Below, one piece after another: positions 31,496 through 42,138 of a stretch of 64,000 nt of DNA (position 1 is its first letter; each line of letters opens with the position of its first letter). A model generated the notes under the pieces. That model was not told the origin of the DNA, ran no database searches, and saw nothing but the letters and a program-made list of their open reading frames with translations. Made by a program: the position numbers and the translations under genes. Origin of the DNA: Deinococcales bacterium (GTDB taxonomy: Bacteria > Deinococcota > Deinococci > Deinococcales > JAAFIG01). Where the stretch lies: assembly GCA_043778225.1 (NCBI GenBank), contig JAYWGM010000072.1, positions 1-64,000 on the forward strand, in the 5' to 3' direction.

Positions 31496-33067
31496 TTATG
31501 GGCAGATAAATGGGGTTGTGCTGTTGTTGCGGACGCTGGCAAGTGTCAATACAACTATTGAAAAATCGGTACTGTTGTTGTTATTATCGGTACAGCCATT
31601 GCCAGCACGGGTAAAAGAATCGTTTGAATCCAATGTCGGCACAAGGGTGGACGAGTAATCAAATTTAGCCGTCTCGAACTTAGAAACATTAGTCGCGCTT
31701 CTTTGATAGCCAAGCAAATCCAGAATCGAGTTGTCCTGCGTGCTGTCACAAGGGGTTGCAGTCGCACCGCAGTTAAGCAGAGTTGTGCCGTTCACCAGTG
31801 CCACTTTACCGCCAGCAAGAAAACCCAAGGCTGCACTCCAAGTTGTAGTGGCATCAGATGTTGGTGAAACAACACCAGAGGAGTTCGATTGATTAACGGT
31901 GCTGACCATTTTATACCCGCCTGGAGCAACAATACCCAGACTCGTTATATTAACTGAATCGCCCGCAACACTTCCCAAGTTTCCTGCTGCACTGCCATAC
32001 TGCAACGACTTACCATTTGCACTGACTGAGAATTCGCCCGCATTAAAAATTTCCACAAAGTCGCTGTTAAATAAAGAGAAACCACCACTCCCGCCACCGT
32101 AAACTCGAGCAAGCACCAGTTTAGCTGGTTTAAGTAAAGTTTGACTTGCACCTGTACCAATTTTGACATTGTTCTGCACCGTGTAGCCTGTTGGTATATT
32201 CGCTCCTATAATCACGGCTGGGTCATCAATCAAGACTTTTGTGGCGGTTGTAACTGGGCTTGTGGTCACATTTCCTGCTCGAGTATTGGCGTTGGCGGTG
32301 CTTTCTTCTGGACTGCGGGTGACTCGGGTTGCCCCACCTTCTAGCACCACAAAAGTCATCACAAAGTTGTACGCTCCTACCCCTCCACCGGCTGGAAACC
32401 GCATCGCAATCGCAACATTGGCACTTGCACCATCTGGTAGGGTTCGTGAAGCAGTTGCACCTGTGCTGCTCGCTACAAAACCGTACTCGAGAACCGTACC
32501 AGTGTAACCTAGAGCAGCAATTTGACTTTGCATGGTTGTTACCTCACCACTTGTAAAGGCTTGGAAACTGGCGCGGTATGGTTCGGTAGCATCTACACTG
32601 ACTGTTCCAGAACCTGTCATGCGGTGGGTTGGACGGGCAACTTGGGCAATCGCGGCAGTTGATGCGTTACCATTGAAATTCGCAATGGTTTTAATGGCTG
32701 TGGTTGGGGCAGCATTGCCCGTTTGTGCCAAAGCAACCAGTGAAACATTATTCATTGCACCTATGCCACCTATTTTATTGGTGACAGTAAAAATTCTTGA
32801 CACATAATCAAAACTACGAGGATTGGCTTCTAATGAAAGACTTGTACCACCAATTCCAGCAGCAGGTGCAAAAGTAATTTCGTTTTCGTTAATCAGGGCT
32901 TGCGAACCGAGTTTAGCTGGAATAAATTTGGCTGCACCAATTGTACTGTCGTTAATTGCCACCTCGAGAACACCAAGGATTTTGGGTTGGCTCGTTTGTG
33001 GTGTGGCTTGAGTACAAGCAATTAAACCAAATGCTAGAAAACCAAAAGTCAGATAACGTAATTTCAT
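31496..33067 (-). CDS. Lipoprotein with C-terminal lamin-tail-like domain
   Basis: LIAC lipobox; VYGGG..DFVEIFNAG..SLQY, GGKVALV, DNNNNSTDF. Confidence 0.8.
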   Translation of the reverse strand: MKLRYLTFGFLAFGLIACTQATPQTSQPKILGVLEVAINDSTIGAAKFIPAKLGSQALINENEITFAPAAGIGGTSLSLEANPRSFDYVSRIFTVTNKIGGIGAMNNVSLVALAQTGNAAPTTAIKTIANFNGNASTAAIAQVARPTHRMTGSGTVSVDATEPYRASFQAFTSGEVTTMQSQIAALGYTGTVLEYGFVASSTGATASRTLPDGASANVAIAMRFPAGGGVGAYNFVMTFVVLEGGATRVTRSPEESTANANTRAGNVTTSPVTTATKVLIDDPAVIIGANIPTGYTVQNNVKIGTGASQTLLKPAKLVLARVYGGGSGGFSLFNSDFVEIFNAGEFSVSANGKSLQYGSAAGNLGSVAGDSVNITSLGIVAPGGYKMVSTVNQSNSSGVVSPTSDATTTWSAALGFLAGGKVALVNGTTLLNCGATATPCDSTQDNSILDLLGYQRSATNVSKFETAKFDYSSTLVPTLDSNDSFTRAGNGCTDNNNNSTDFSIVVLTLASVRNNSTTPFICP

Positions 33068-33357
33068 TGTTCTGTACCTCCTAAAAAATCGTTATTCTCG
33101 AGTAAAGGCTCGCTTGGTTCGAGAAAATCAAACGTAACTGATAAACCAGTCATTAGGGCGTAATTTTCTTGTTGCTCGAGATGCGGGGTTTGATATGGTT
33201 CTTGCAGTTTTGGCTTTTCCATGACTTCCTTTTAATGATTGAAGACCAATTTTTTTGACATGACGGACGTAAGAAACGCTTGAAGCGTCTAAAAAGGTTC
33301 GGTAGAACTTTCAGTAAACCCTTTGATTATGCAAAATCTATTCGTTAAGCTAATCAG

Positions 33358-33999
33358 ATGTTACCCGCAGAACTGATTTGGCAAAAAAGTTTTACTGTCT
33401 CAGACGAAAAAACCGCCGAATTATTAGCCCACGGAACACAAACCATCAATGTACTTTCGCCGTTTATGGGCAAAGAAAACACCAGTAAAAAAGCAGCACT
33501 CGAGGCAAACATCAAGTTAAATGTGATGGCATACTGGGTGCATAAGTTTTTTGCGGCTGGTATTTTAATCCGCACCAGAACCGAAAAACGCGCAGGTCGT
33601 CCGGTGCATCATTACCGTGCTGTGGCTGATCAGATTTTCGTACCAACACAATTGATTGTTCGGGCTTCTGATTTTGAATTGCTATTAAGTGTCCAACAAC
33701 AAGAATATGAGTTATTCAGTGCCAATGTTGCGCGGCAAGGACGAAAATTATCGGCTGAATGGTGCTTACATTATTTTTGCCTTGAAAGTGTGCAGCATTG
33801 GACAATGATTCCGCTCGAGCAGATCAAACAAAAAGACCGCCCTTTGCATGATTGGTCGCATTTGGAACTGTCCAGCGCGGCTTTAGAAGAATTAAAACAA
33901 GAACTCTGGGATTTAACTAAGAAATACCATGCCCTAAACGGACAAGGCTCGAGACGCAAACGAGTCACACTACATTTAGGACTAGCCGAGATTACTTAG
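33358..33999 (+). CDS. Winged-helix (ArsR-like) hypothetical regulator
   Basis: LSPFMG, YWVHKFFAAGIL, RAGRPVHHYRA. Confidence 0.65.
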   Translation: MLPAELIWQKSFTVSDEKTAELLAHGTQTINVLSPFMGKENTSKKAALEANIKLNVMAYWVHKFFAAGILIRTRTEKRAGRPVHHYRAVADQIFVPTQLIVRASDFELLLSVQQQEYELFSANVARQGRKLSAEWCLHYFCLESVQHWTMIPLEQIKQKDRPLHDWSHLELSSAALEELKQELWDLTKKYHALNGQGSRRKRVTLHLGLAEIT

Positions 34000-35473
34000 A
34001 TTTCTTTGGAATCAAGCCTTGTAAACTTTGCCAAGTACCTAAAGGAAGTAAACTCGAGACCACCACCAATGCCAGCAGCAACAACCACAAGCCAGCGTTA
34101 CCGCCCGACAAGAACGCCAATGGCGAGAGGCTCGAGAGGACGACAGGCAGGGCATAGGGTCTGCCAAGTGCCAACACACCCAAAACCGCCGCCAGAATTG
34201 CGCCAAGCCAAATGGCTAAACTTGGATTGACATAGCCCATTAGAACGGCACTTGCACCCAGTCCCAAACCAATCCCAAACAATGCCAGTGCTAATCGGTA
34301 AGGTTTGAGTTGGAACTGACGTAACCAAGCATAAACACACAGCCAGACCAAAGCCAACACAATTACAAACTGCATAAAGACATAAGTTTTACTGAGCGTT
34401 TCACGCAGCGAAGTCTCGGGGAAACTTAACACCACACTTTGCGAAGTGACAATTTTAGGAAATTGCCAAATTAAACTCGAGCCAATCTGACTTGGATAAA
34501 GGCTACCACGCAAAAATTTGGTTGGTTTAGGTGAATTGACCTCGAGCCGAAAATTATTGACAATTGTGCGCCTCGAAAAAGCATAATTCCAAGTCTCCGA
34601 GCCTTGGTTTTTATATTTGATTTGGGCGGTCACTCTTTCTTTGGGTTTGAGTGTGCCATACCATGTAAAACTATTGTTACTTGGTGCGATTTCTTTAGCA
34701 ATTTCGCCTCGAGCCGAAAATTCAAAATCGGATAGTGTCCCCGAATTATCGGGAAAGGGAAACTCAAAAGTCACATCGAGTGGCGTATCGTTGGGGTTGC
34801 TAAAACTGTATTGTCCCTGAAAACTGGCACGATAAAACGAGCGCCCCAAACCTGTATCACCAAATTCAAATTGGGTTTTGAGATTGCTGGCTTCAATCGG
34901 CAACCCACGATATTCAACGATTTGGGCTTCGCGCACGAAAAATAAGCTCTTACCATTTTGCAGAATACTATCCACCACACGGCGCACATTTTTACTTTGT
35001 GGCTCGGCTAGATATTCCTTGACATACGGTAAAATGGCTTCGCGTCCTTCGGAATCAAGACGCTTTAGGACTTCGGGCGGCACACGAATACTGCGAATAT
35101 AGGTCTTGGTTTGGGTATACCCAAGGCTTGGTTCGCGCTGCACAGTATCGCGCCCGGGTGGGTCTTCGAGCTTTGAATACCGTGCATTATTCTGACTAAC
35201 GTAGCGTAAACCAACTGCATATTGGGCAATTTTAAAACCAAATAAAACGACCACAACAACCACACCGATGGGCAGCCAAGGCAATAAACGGCTCGCTTGT
35301 TGGCTGACCCAAGTCCTAAGGCTCAAAAACCCTTCACGGTGCAAACCATAAAGCAGCAGTGTCAAGACAAAGGCGAGTCCGATAACCAGCAGTACAAATG
35401 GTATTGCCGCCATTAGAATTGACAGCCAAGAATCGAGTCTCGAGAAAAACCCACCAATCGTATTTTGTACCAT
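33992..35473 (-). CDS. Multi-pass membrane protein (possibly CreD-like)
   Basis: N-terminal TMs, large beta-rich soluble domain, C-terminal TM bundle. Confidence 0.6.
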   Translation of the reverse strand: MVQNTIGGFFSRLDSWLSILMAAIPFVLLVIGLAFVLTLLLYGLHREGFLSLRTWVSQQASRLLPWLPIGVVVVVVLFGFKIAQYAVGLRYVSQNNARYSKLEDPPGRDTVQREPSLGYTQTKTYIRSIRVPPEVLKRLDSEGREAILPYVKEYLAEPQSKNVRRVVDSILQNGKSLFFVREAQIVEYRGLPIEASNLKTQFEFGDTGLGRSFYRASFQGQYSFSNPNDTPLDVTFEFPFPDNSGTLSDFEFSARGEIAKEIAPSNNSFTWYGTLKPKERVTAQIKYKNQGSETWNYAFSRRTIVNNFRLEVNSPKPTKFLRGSLYPSQIGSSLIWQFPKIVTSQSVVLSFPETSLRETLSKTYVFMQFVIVLALVWLCVYAWLRQFQLKPYRLALALFGIGLGLGASAVLMGYVNPSLAIWLGAILAAVLGVLALGRPYALPVVLSSLSPLAFLSGGNAGLWLLLLALVVVSSLLPLGTWQSLQGLIPKKSK

Positions 35474-35512
35474 GACTCGAGTCTAGTCACTTTTGTGAGT
35501 CTGTATGAGCAA

Positions 35513-36196
35513 CTATTTCTGGCAATCCAAACGCACCCGCAAACTTGGGTTTGGCACGGTAAACGCCACACCTTTAGCTTTGGTGCTATCCCCGATGCCT
35601 TTTGGGTTAAACTCGAGCAGAAATTTTGTTGGCGTTTTTACGGCATTTTCAACCATACCAAACGGATACAAGAATTTTAATTGATGGGTCACTGCTCCAC
35701 CCGGCGGCAAGGTCGCGAAGGTAATTTTTTGTACATCCATGCCATCCACTGCCAACGTGCTGGCATCAGCAAAAGCCAGTTGCACACCTTCGGAAGTCCA
35801 ACCCGCCTCCCAAGGCGCAAGCGTGGCTAGGCTGCCATTTTTAACCTCGAGCGTTAAGCCCCAGCCAAGGCGGTCGGTTTTAATTGGCTCGAGTTTTATG
35901 GTTTTGACACGCCAAACACCATTAAAAAGTGTTTCGCCAAGACAGCCCTCGAGCGAAGCCCGTTGATTTGAACCACCCGCAAAACCGGGCAACTCGAGTT
36001 TGACCTCAGTTTTAGAAATAACAGCTTTGACCCCAGCCTTTTGCAGTGCCTCGAGTGGGATATAGGTTTTACCATTCTGGACAATTGCAGCTGCATATGG
36101 CTTACCGTTGATGCTTAGTTTTAGGGTACTCGAGGCAGCCCAAGCCATCAGGCTCGAGCCGAAAAGAATTGCAACGATTAGGGATTTATTTTTCAT
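35513..36196 (-). CDS. Hypothetical secreted protein
   Basis: Signal peptide; NGKTYIPLEAL motif; RBS AGGA. Confidence 0.7.
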   Translation of the reverse strand: MKNKSLIVAILFGSSLMAWAASSTLKLSINGKPYAAAIVQNGKTYIPLEALQKAGVKAVISKTEVKLELPGFAGGSNQRASLEGCLGETLFNGVWRVKTIKLEPIKTDRLGWGLTLEVKNGSLATLAPWEAGWTSEGVQLAFADASTLAVDGMDVQKITFATLPPGGAVTHQLKFLYPFGMVENAVKTPTKFLLEFNPKGIGDSTKAKGVAFTVPNPSLRVRLDCQK

Positions 36197-36230
36197 GGGG
36201 TTTCCTTTCTCGAGGGCGATGGCGAACTAA

Positions 36231-36280
36231 GGCGAGGCGTGCCTCGCCCCTACGGTTTTTTGGACAGGGCGAGGCACGCC
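36231..36280. repeat. REP palindromes flanking MITE
   Basis: ggcgaggcgtgcctcgcccctac and a half copy gggcgaggcacgcc. Confidence 0.65.
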
Positions 36281-36546
36281 CATAGACTCCAACTTAATCA
36301 TTTTTGCTTTGCTTGACAATAGATTTGAATTTTGACTCTACGACATGGTACATGGTTTTTGTCCTCCCCGCGAAGCAGGGGAGGTGGCAAGCGAAGCGCG
36401 TCGGAGGGGTCTTGCACAGCGTTTCTTCGTTACGCGTCGCAAGACCCCTCCGTCACTCGTTGCACTCCTGACACCTCCACCTACCTAACGGCAGGGGAGG
36501 ACTTTTTGCGTTGCACACGAATTTCTTGATTAAGTTGGAGTCTATG
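36281..36546. mobile_element. Non-autonomous MITE with perfect 20-bp terminal inverted repeats
   Basis: catagactccaacttaatca (36281-36300) / tgattaagttggagtctatg (36527-36546); internal long GC hairpins. Confidence 0.75.
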
Positions 36547-36614
36547 GAAGCAAGCCCCGCCCCTACGGTTTAGCTTTTAACCTTTTCACCCTTTAACCTT
36601 TTCACCCTGCCCTT

Positions 36615-37832
36615 CTATCCACCGCAACCAATGCCGATGTCCTCGATGTCTATTCCAGTCAGGATAGTTTGAAGATTTGTGCCGTTATTATTGGTCATAA
36701 CCAGTTCGTGATACCCATTGGTGTTGCCACTGCGCTCGAGCCAGAGCGAAGCGATTTTGCCACCCATCAAACCACAAGGGGCAACGATGTTATTCTCGAG
36801 TGAGACTTTGCTGACGGTACTGCCCAGTATTTTCCAGATTCCATCGGTATCCCATGAAGCATCAAAGGCAATACTTCCATCGGACAAGTAATCGGCATGA
36901 TGCGCTGGTCCTTTATTGGCTATACTCGAGGGGGCATTGGTTGGCGAGACCACCACCCGAAAGCCTGTACCATTTGTACCAATTTCGCAGATGCTCGTAT
37001 TTCCAGCCCCAAAAGGTTGTGAACCACAATCAAACAAGACTTTGCTGCCGTCGCTCGAGATGGCGGGTTGGTCGTTAAAGGCTTGGCTGCTGGTTTGGGT
37101 AATTTGCACTGGGGCAGCCCATGTATTGCCAGTTTTACGAATCGCCCAGAGGTCAAAATTATGCGCCCCACCATTGGCAGTGTACACAATTAAGTTGCCG
37201 TCGCTCGAGATGGCTGGGAAACCTTGGGAATCTTGAATTGGGTTTGGAGCGCGTACCAAACTGGCACTGGCGGGGTTGCTGCTTGGGGCAACAGCCAAAC
37301 AGTACGTGCCATTGCAAAGTGGGTCTAGGTTTTGGGTCTCGAGAATAAGCCAATCGCCATTGGGGGAAATGTTCAAGCGTCGGTCTGCATTGCGCGTGGC
37401 GGCTGGAGTGATTAGGCTCGAGATGTTCTCTGGGGTTGCGCTGGCTTGAGCATTGATTCGGTAGACACTATTTTGATAGGTATACGTGATTTTGCCAAGG
37501 CTCGAGGAAACAGGGTTAATCACTAAAATCTGGGTGCTGTTGGTACTGAGTTTACCATCCGAGACGGTTAAAACCACGGTAAAACTGCCTACGGCTGCAT
37601 AAGAATGCGTGGTGGTCACGCCTGAGCCTGTAGTCGAATCACCAAAATTCCAAGCATAAGTTAGGGCATTACCGTCTGGGTCACTCGAGGTGCTGGCGTT
37701 AAAGTTCAGACTCGTATTGACCGTGGCGGGGTTACTCGAGATAGTAAAAGCCGCCACGGGTGCGCGATTAACATTGGGTTGCGGCGTGTTGCAAGCAACC
37801 AGTAAAGCAAAACCAATCAATATTTTTTTCAT
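36615..37832 (-). CDS. PKD domain + TolB-like beta-propeller lipoprotein
   Basis: LVAC lipobox; SSDPDGNALTYAWNFGD; PAISSDG repeats. Confidence 0.85.
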   Translation of the reverse strand: MKKILIGFALLVACNTPQPNVNRAPVAAFTISSNPATVNTSLNFNASTSSDPDGNALTYAWNFGDSTTGSGVTTTHSYAAVGSFTVVLTVSDGKLSTNSTQILVINPVSSSLGKITYTYQNSVYRINAQASATPENISSLITPAATRNADRRLNISPNGDWLILETQNLDPLCNGTYCLAVAPSSNPASASLVRAPNPIQDSQGFPAISSDGNLIVYTANGGAHNFDLWAIRKTGNTWAAPVQITQTSSQAFNDQPAISSDGSKVLFDCGSQPFGAGNTSICEIGTNGTGFRVVVSPTNAPSSIANKGPAHHADYLSDGSIAFDASWDTDGIWKILGSTVSKVSLENNIVAPCGLMGGKIASLWLERSGNTNGYHELVMTNNNGTNLQTILTGIDIEDIGIGCGG

Positions 37833-38032
37833 AGAACTCCTTGTCTAGCTTTGAATTCCAAGCCGCAACTCGAGCAGAACCGCGCATATGGACTGGTGAT
37901 TGGCGCTTGGCAACTGGTACACGCCTCGAGTAATTTTGTGCCATCGTTACTGCAAAATTTCTCGCCACTCTCGAGTGGTACGGCTCTGGTACATTTGGGA
38001 CATATTCGGTAAGCCACCAATTCTTTGACCAT
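37829..38032 (-). CDS. Double zinc-ribbon protein
   Basis: CPKC, CSNDG, CTSC, CSSC; GGAGG RBS. Confidence 0.8.
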   Translation of the reverse strand: MVKELVAYRICPKCTRAVPLESGEKFCSNDGTKLLEACTSCQAPITSPYARFCSSCGLEFKARQGVL

Positions 38033-38117
38033 AACAACCCTCCTCGAGCATTATTTTGCACTAGATAGGGTTAGCTTCTTGTTGCTCGAGAAGGATTTTT
38101 TGCCGATATGCTTATTA

Positions 38118-38226
38118 GCCCATCGGGTCAACGTTGTACAGCCGCCCATCGGGTTAGCGTGGTACGAGCAGCCCATCGGGTTAGCGTGGTACGAGCAACC
38201 CATCGGGTTAGCGTGGTACAGCCGCC
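38118..38226. repeat. 27-bp tandem array x~4 overlapping stop codon of C1 peptidase
   Basis: Unit gcccatcgggttagcgtggtacgagca. Confidence 0.9.
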
Positions 38227-41102
38227 GCAACTTTACAAAAACCAGTCCAAGCAGTGATGTATTTGGCTCGAGAAGCATCTGAGGTTGGAATGATTTGCAC
38301 TTCTAAAGCACATGGAAACGTGCCACCCAAACCAAAAGCTGTAAAACTTATCGGATATGTACCAAGGCTCGAGACAGCCGAATTAAAGGCATACCCTCGG
38401 TTTGCAATTGAACCATTGATTCTAAAAATCCAATCGTACTCGAGTTGTTCGGCACTTGGGTTATCGGCTCGAGCCGAAGCAATATAATGCGCCGTGTTGG
38501 CATTGCCAGAGCAATTTGTGCCATACGATAAGCTCTCTAAGTTGAGGGTTGCTCCGTTGCTTAAAACCATGCCTACACTGCAATTGCCATTGCGTAAGCG
38601 TTCAATCGGTACAATTCCAGCCCCAGTAAAAACAGGGTTGGGATTGGCTGGTAGGTTTTCCACCAAAAAAGCCCCGCCTGTTTTGACTCGTAGACCGTCG
38701 GAGTCTGTAATGTAGACAAAGACGTTGCGGTAGCCATTGATGCCAAAGCGAATTTGTTTGCTGCAACCAGTGTTTGGGTCGCCTTCGATGACATCAGGAG
38801 CTTGTACTTCCCATTGTACCCCAGCACATAAACTGCTCGGGTTTAATTCATTTGAGTCGGTAATAACAAGATTAAAAGTGGCTGCTCCAGTATTACTCGA
38901 GTACACATAAATTGGGGCAAGCGCAACTTGTAAATTTCCTCTGGGGGCGGTGTTGACCACTTGGAAATCAATGTTTTGGGTGGTGCTTTGTGTACCGTAC
39001 CTAGCCGTCACTTGCAGTATTTGATTGCCCACACTCGAGAAGGTGAACGGAATCTCGAGGGGTAGAAGCGTCGGCGTTCCGATTAAACCTGTGTACAGGG
39101 TGGTATTGCCTAGCTTAACCGTGACATTAACATTCTTGACTTCGGCTTGCGGATGACTGACCGCAAATAAAGTCCCTAAATTACTCGAGACTCGCAAGTC
39201 AACTTTTCGAGGCGAAGCCGCAGGCGTTATTTGTGGGGACACCAAGGCTGTTTGTTCAGTTGTCCAAGCTGCACTGCGTCTCGAGTCAAAATTTAAGGCA
39301 GTGAGGTTATGAAAAACATCCTGTACATACTGAGCGTCTATGTACGCATAGCCACCATCGCCAAATGTGCATCCCCAAGAATTTTTGATGATAAAATAAC
39401 CGCCTCCAGGTGCATTTTGCGGGTCGGTAGGTGCAGTGAGTAGGTCGTTGCTGATAAAACCCACAATTTGCACCGCATGACTCCCAGCCAGTCCGTCTCG
39501 GCTACGGTTGGTCAAAAAACCCGTGGCATCTATGGTCTGAAAACCTTGGTAAACAGGAAAAGATGCCATCAGCGTATACCCTTGCGCCAGTAAAGTACGG
39601 TAGCTTGACAGTAAAAACGGTTGCCCTGACGACCAGATTGTTCGGCTCGAGGACGGTAATGTTCCAGTTCCTGCATAATTTTCTGTCTGGGTGGCACAAA
39701 ACGGTAAGTTAAGCACACCAATCTTCAAGGCTGTACAAACGGCATTGCCTTGATGGGCTGAATTAGAACAAGTGCCATTGTATTTCAGGTCTGGACGACC
39801 CGCAAATTGCCAATCACACGACTTGGCATAACTTGCTACCAAATCGTTTGGGTTTGCCTGCCGACCAAAAGCAGGATTGTACGTCCAGAAAGCTTCATTG
39901 GGTAAGACTTGTGCCTTGGCATTGGCTTGGTCTAAAGCCACCTCAGTCGAGAACCCATCCTCAAAATCGCTTGGCGACCATTGCGCTTTGACCTTAAAAG
40001 CCAGAAATTGCTCGGATAAATCCACAACAGTATTGTTCTGAACCCGTTCACGGCTTTCTATCGCGCCCAATGCCGTAAACGCCCAGCACAAACCACGGAC
40101 GGCTTGGTTTTTGACTGGCGAAATAAAGTATTTTAACGGAAAACGAAAACGCGCCAATAAACCTGTCGGTGTACGGCAATCGCGCCTAAATAAATCGTTG
40201 TCATAGCCATTGCCAGCCACAATTGCCTGAGTTCGGAGCGGCGCACCAGTTGTTGGGGCAGTCTCGGGGCGCGTGCCATCCAGCCCAGCCTCTGAACCAA
40301 GTAAGGTATTCAAGGCGTTCAAAGCAGTCTGCATTGCACTTAAAGCCAGTCCTTGTAAACTCGAGGGACTCGGCACTTGGGTTTGGATTTCGTTTGGCGC
40401 AAGGTCATACAGACTCGAGTAAACACCGAGTACATTACCCACGTTTTGCGATTGTTGCACGCTGCGTGCCAATGCTCGAGCCGCGCTGCGCTGACCAAGC
40501 AGCAAGACTTTTTCACCACTTGGCAAAGTCGTTTCAGGGTCTGGACGGCTTGAACTTGGGGCATTGAGTAATTCTTGCACCGACGGTGACGGGTTTTGTA
40601 TTGCTCGCAAAGTGCTTAAATCAGTTTGGTATTGTTGCTCGGCAGCCTTTTCTTGGGCTGCTCGAGTCGTGTCGTTGATTGGCAATAACTCGCCAGACTC
40701 GACTTTTTGTTGGAATATCTCGGGCGTAATTTGTTCGGCATTGTTCGGAATTGGGGCTTTCCAAGCATTGCTCGGGTCAAACAATGGGCTTTGTAAGGTG
40801 ACAAGCACCGTTTTTTTATCTGTACCAGCACTGTTTTGGGCGGTTAATTCAAAAGTGGTACTGGCAGCTACGTTGACCGTCGTACTCGAGCCAGTCACCA
40901 CACCGACATTTGGGCTGATGGTTAGGCTCGAGGCGTTGGTCACATTCCACTCGAGTTTGACTGTGGTAGCAGCGTTTACATTGCTGGGTGTTGCCGTGAA
41001 TGCGTTGATTTTCGGGGCGGTTTGAGCGGGTGGCTGCGGACAAGCCACCAGTGCAATCAGCAGCAACGAGCTAAGACCAACTAACCTCAATAGGTGTTTC
41101 AT
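38208..41102 (-). CDS. Papain-like (C1) cysteine peptidase lipoprotein
   Basis: LVAC lipobox; VKNQAVRGLCWAF, GSHAVQIVG, IIKNSWG. Confidence 0.9.
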   Translation of the reverse strand: MKHLLRLVGLSSLLLIALVACPQPPAQTAPKINAFTATPSNVNAATTVKLEWNVTNASSLTISPNVGVVTGSSTTVNVAASTTFELTAQNSAGTDKKTVLVTLQSPLFDPSNAWKAPIPNNAEQITPEIFQQKVESGELLPINDTTRAAQEKAAEQQYQTDLSTLRAIQNPSPSVQELLNAPSSSRPDPETTLPSGEKVLLLGQRSAARALARSVQQSQNVGNVLGVYSSLYDLAPNEIQTQVPSPSSLQGLALSAMQTALNALNTLLGSEAGLDGTRPETAPTTGAPLRTQAIVAGNGYDNDLFRRDCRTPTGLLARFRFPLKYFISPVKNQAVRGLCWAFTALGAIESRERVQNNTVVDLSEQFLAFKVKAQWSPSDFEDGFSTEVALDQANAKAQVLPNEAFWTYNPAFGRQANPNDLVASYAKSCDWQFAGRPDLKYNGTCSNSAHQGNAVCTALKIGVLNLPFCATQTENYAGTGTLPSSSRTIWSSGQPFLLSSYRTLLAQGYTLMASFPVYQGFQTIDATGFLTNRSRDGLAGSHAVQIVGFISNDLLTAPTDPQNAPGGGYFIIKNSWGCTFGDGGYAYIDAQYVQDVFHNLTALNFDSRRSAAWTTEQTALVSPQITPAASPRKVDLRVSSNLGTLFAVSHPQAEVKNVNVTVKLGNTTLYTGLIGTPTLLPLEIPFTFSSVGNQILQVTARYGTQSTTQNIDFQVVNTAPRGNLQVALAPIYVYSSNTGAATFNLVITDSNELNPSSLCAGVQWEVQAPDVIEGDPNTGCSKQIRFGINGYRNVFVYITDSDGLRVKTGGAFLVENLPANPNPVFTGAGIVPIERLRNGNCSVGMVLSNGATLNLESLSYGTNCSGNANTAHYIASARADNPSAEQLEYDWIFRINGSIANRGYAFNSAVSSLGTYPISFTAFGLGGTFPCALEVQIIPTSDASRAKYITAWTGFCKVAAAVPR

Positions 41103-41226
41103 AAAGCCTCCTAAGTGCCTCGAGTCTCGAGTCTTGACTTAGATTGCACTAAGGCTAGTTTACTTTGGGTTATTCAAAAAGCTGTTTTTGCCGATGTGAA
41201 TTTTTTTGCATTCTAATTTTTTAGCC

Positions 41227-41252
41227 ATTTGGTATATCAAGATATACCAAAT
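41227..41252. promoter_or_regulatory. Perfect inverted repeat, candidate TA operator
   Basis: atttggtatatc-aa-gatataccaaat upstream of 41348. Confidence 0.6.
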
Positions 41253-41347
41253 CAAACTATGCTAAAATACCAGTCTAGTTTTTAGGTGCAAAAATATATT
41301 GAAACAGTCACTCATGTTCATAAACAACAAAATTTAGGAGAAGTAAA

Positions 41348-41731
41348 ATGAAGATTCGCTATCCAAAAAATCCCGACCAACTGCATCATAAAGACCCACC
41401 TTTTGTAAAAGACCTCAAAAATCTAGGCTCGAGAGGTGGGGCGTGGCAATGCTTAAAAACCATTCGCAAAATGGTCAAAGACCTGAGAATCAACGGTCAA
41501 GACTGTCAGTTCATCAAAAATCTAACTGGTGTACCAAATATCCTAGAACTCAAAGCCAACGCAAAAGGCAGTGGGGCTGGTGGCGCTCGGGTTTACTTCT
41601 TTTTCACCGATAAAAATGAGGCTTTCCTAGGCGCAGCCGAATGTAAAAAAGATGACTCCGCCAACGAAGACTTGATAAACCGCTTGGCTGTGATGGCATA
41701 TGCCTACCATCATGGCGTTCCATTATTCTAA
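41348..41731 (+). CDS. RelE/HigB-like (Gp49-like) toxin
   Basis: ILELK...GARVYFFF..KK pattern; upstream of HTH gene. Confidence 0.6.
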   Translation: MKIRYPKNPDQLHHKDPPFVKDLKNLGSRGGAWQCLKTIRKMVKDLRINGQDCQFIKNLTGVPNILELKANAKGSGAGGARVYFFFTDKNEAFLGAAECKKDDSANEDLINRLAVMAYAYHHGVPLF

Positions 41732-41743
41732 ACGAGGAGAATC

Positions 41744-42133
41744 ATGAAAATTGACCCTAAAGCTGCTCGAGAATGGTTAGCCCAACAACCCAATCAAGGT
41801 TTTATAACCTCGAGTAGACCCGAACTTTATACACAGCCCGAAATAAAAACCGAACAACAACATCAGCGCACCATGACTGTTTTAGACCAAGCCATTGTCA
41901 GCAGTACGCTCTTTGAAATCATCGAGCAAGCCCAAGCCAGCACTGGGCGCAGTTTGCGTGAAACAAGCCGCCGTGCAGCTATGAGTCACACGCAATTACT
42001 GAGCATTAAAAAGCAAGCCGAAAAAGCCGAAGTTCGTAATTTGGCGCGAATTGCCGATGCGATGGGTTACGAACTGCACATTGCTTTTGTACCTCGAGAC
42101 CATAAGCTCAAACGCCTTGAAGCACAACTTTAA
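41744..42133 (+). CDS. XRE-type HTH antitoxin
   Basis: SLRETSRRAAMSHTQL..LARIADAMGYELHIAF. Confidence 0.7.
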   Translation: MKIDPKAAREWLAQQPNQGFITSSRPELYTQPEIKTEQQHQRTMTVLDQAIVSSTLFEIIEQAQASTGRSLRETSRRAAMSHTQLLSIKKQAEKAEVRNLARIADAMGYELHIAFVPRDHKLKRLEAQL

Positions 42134-42138
42134 GATAA

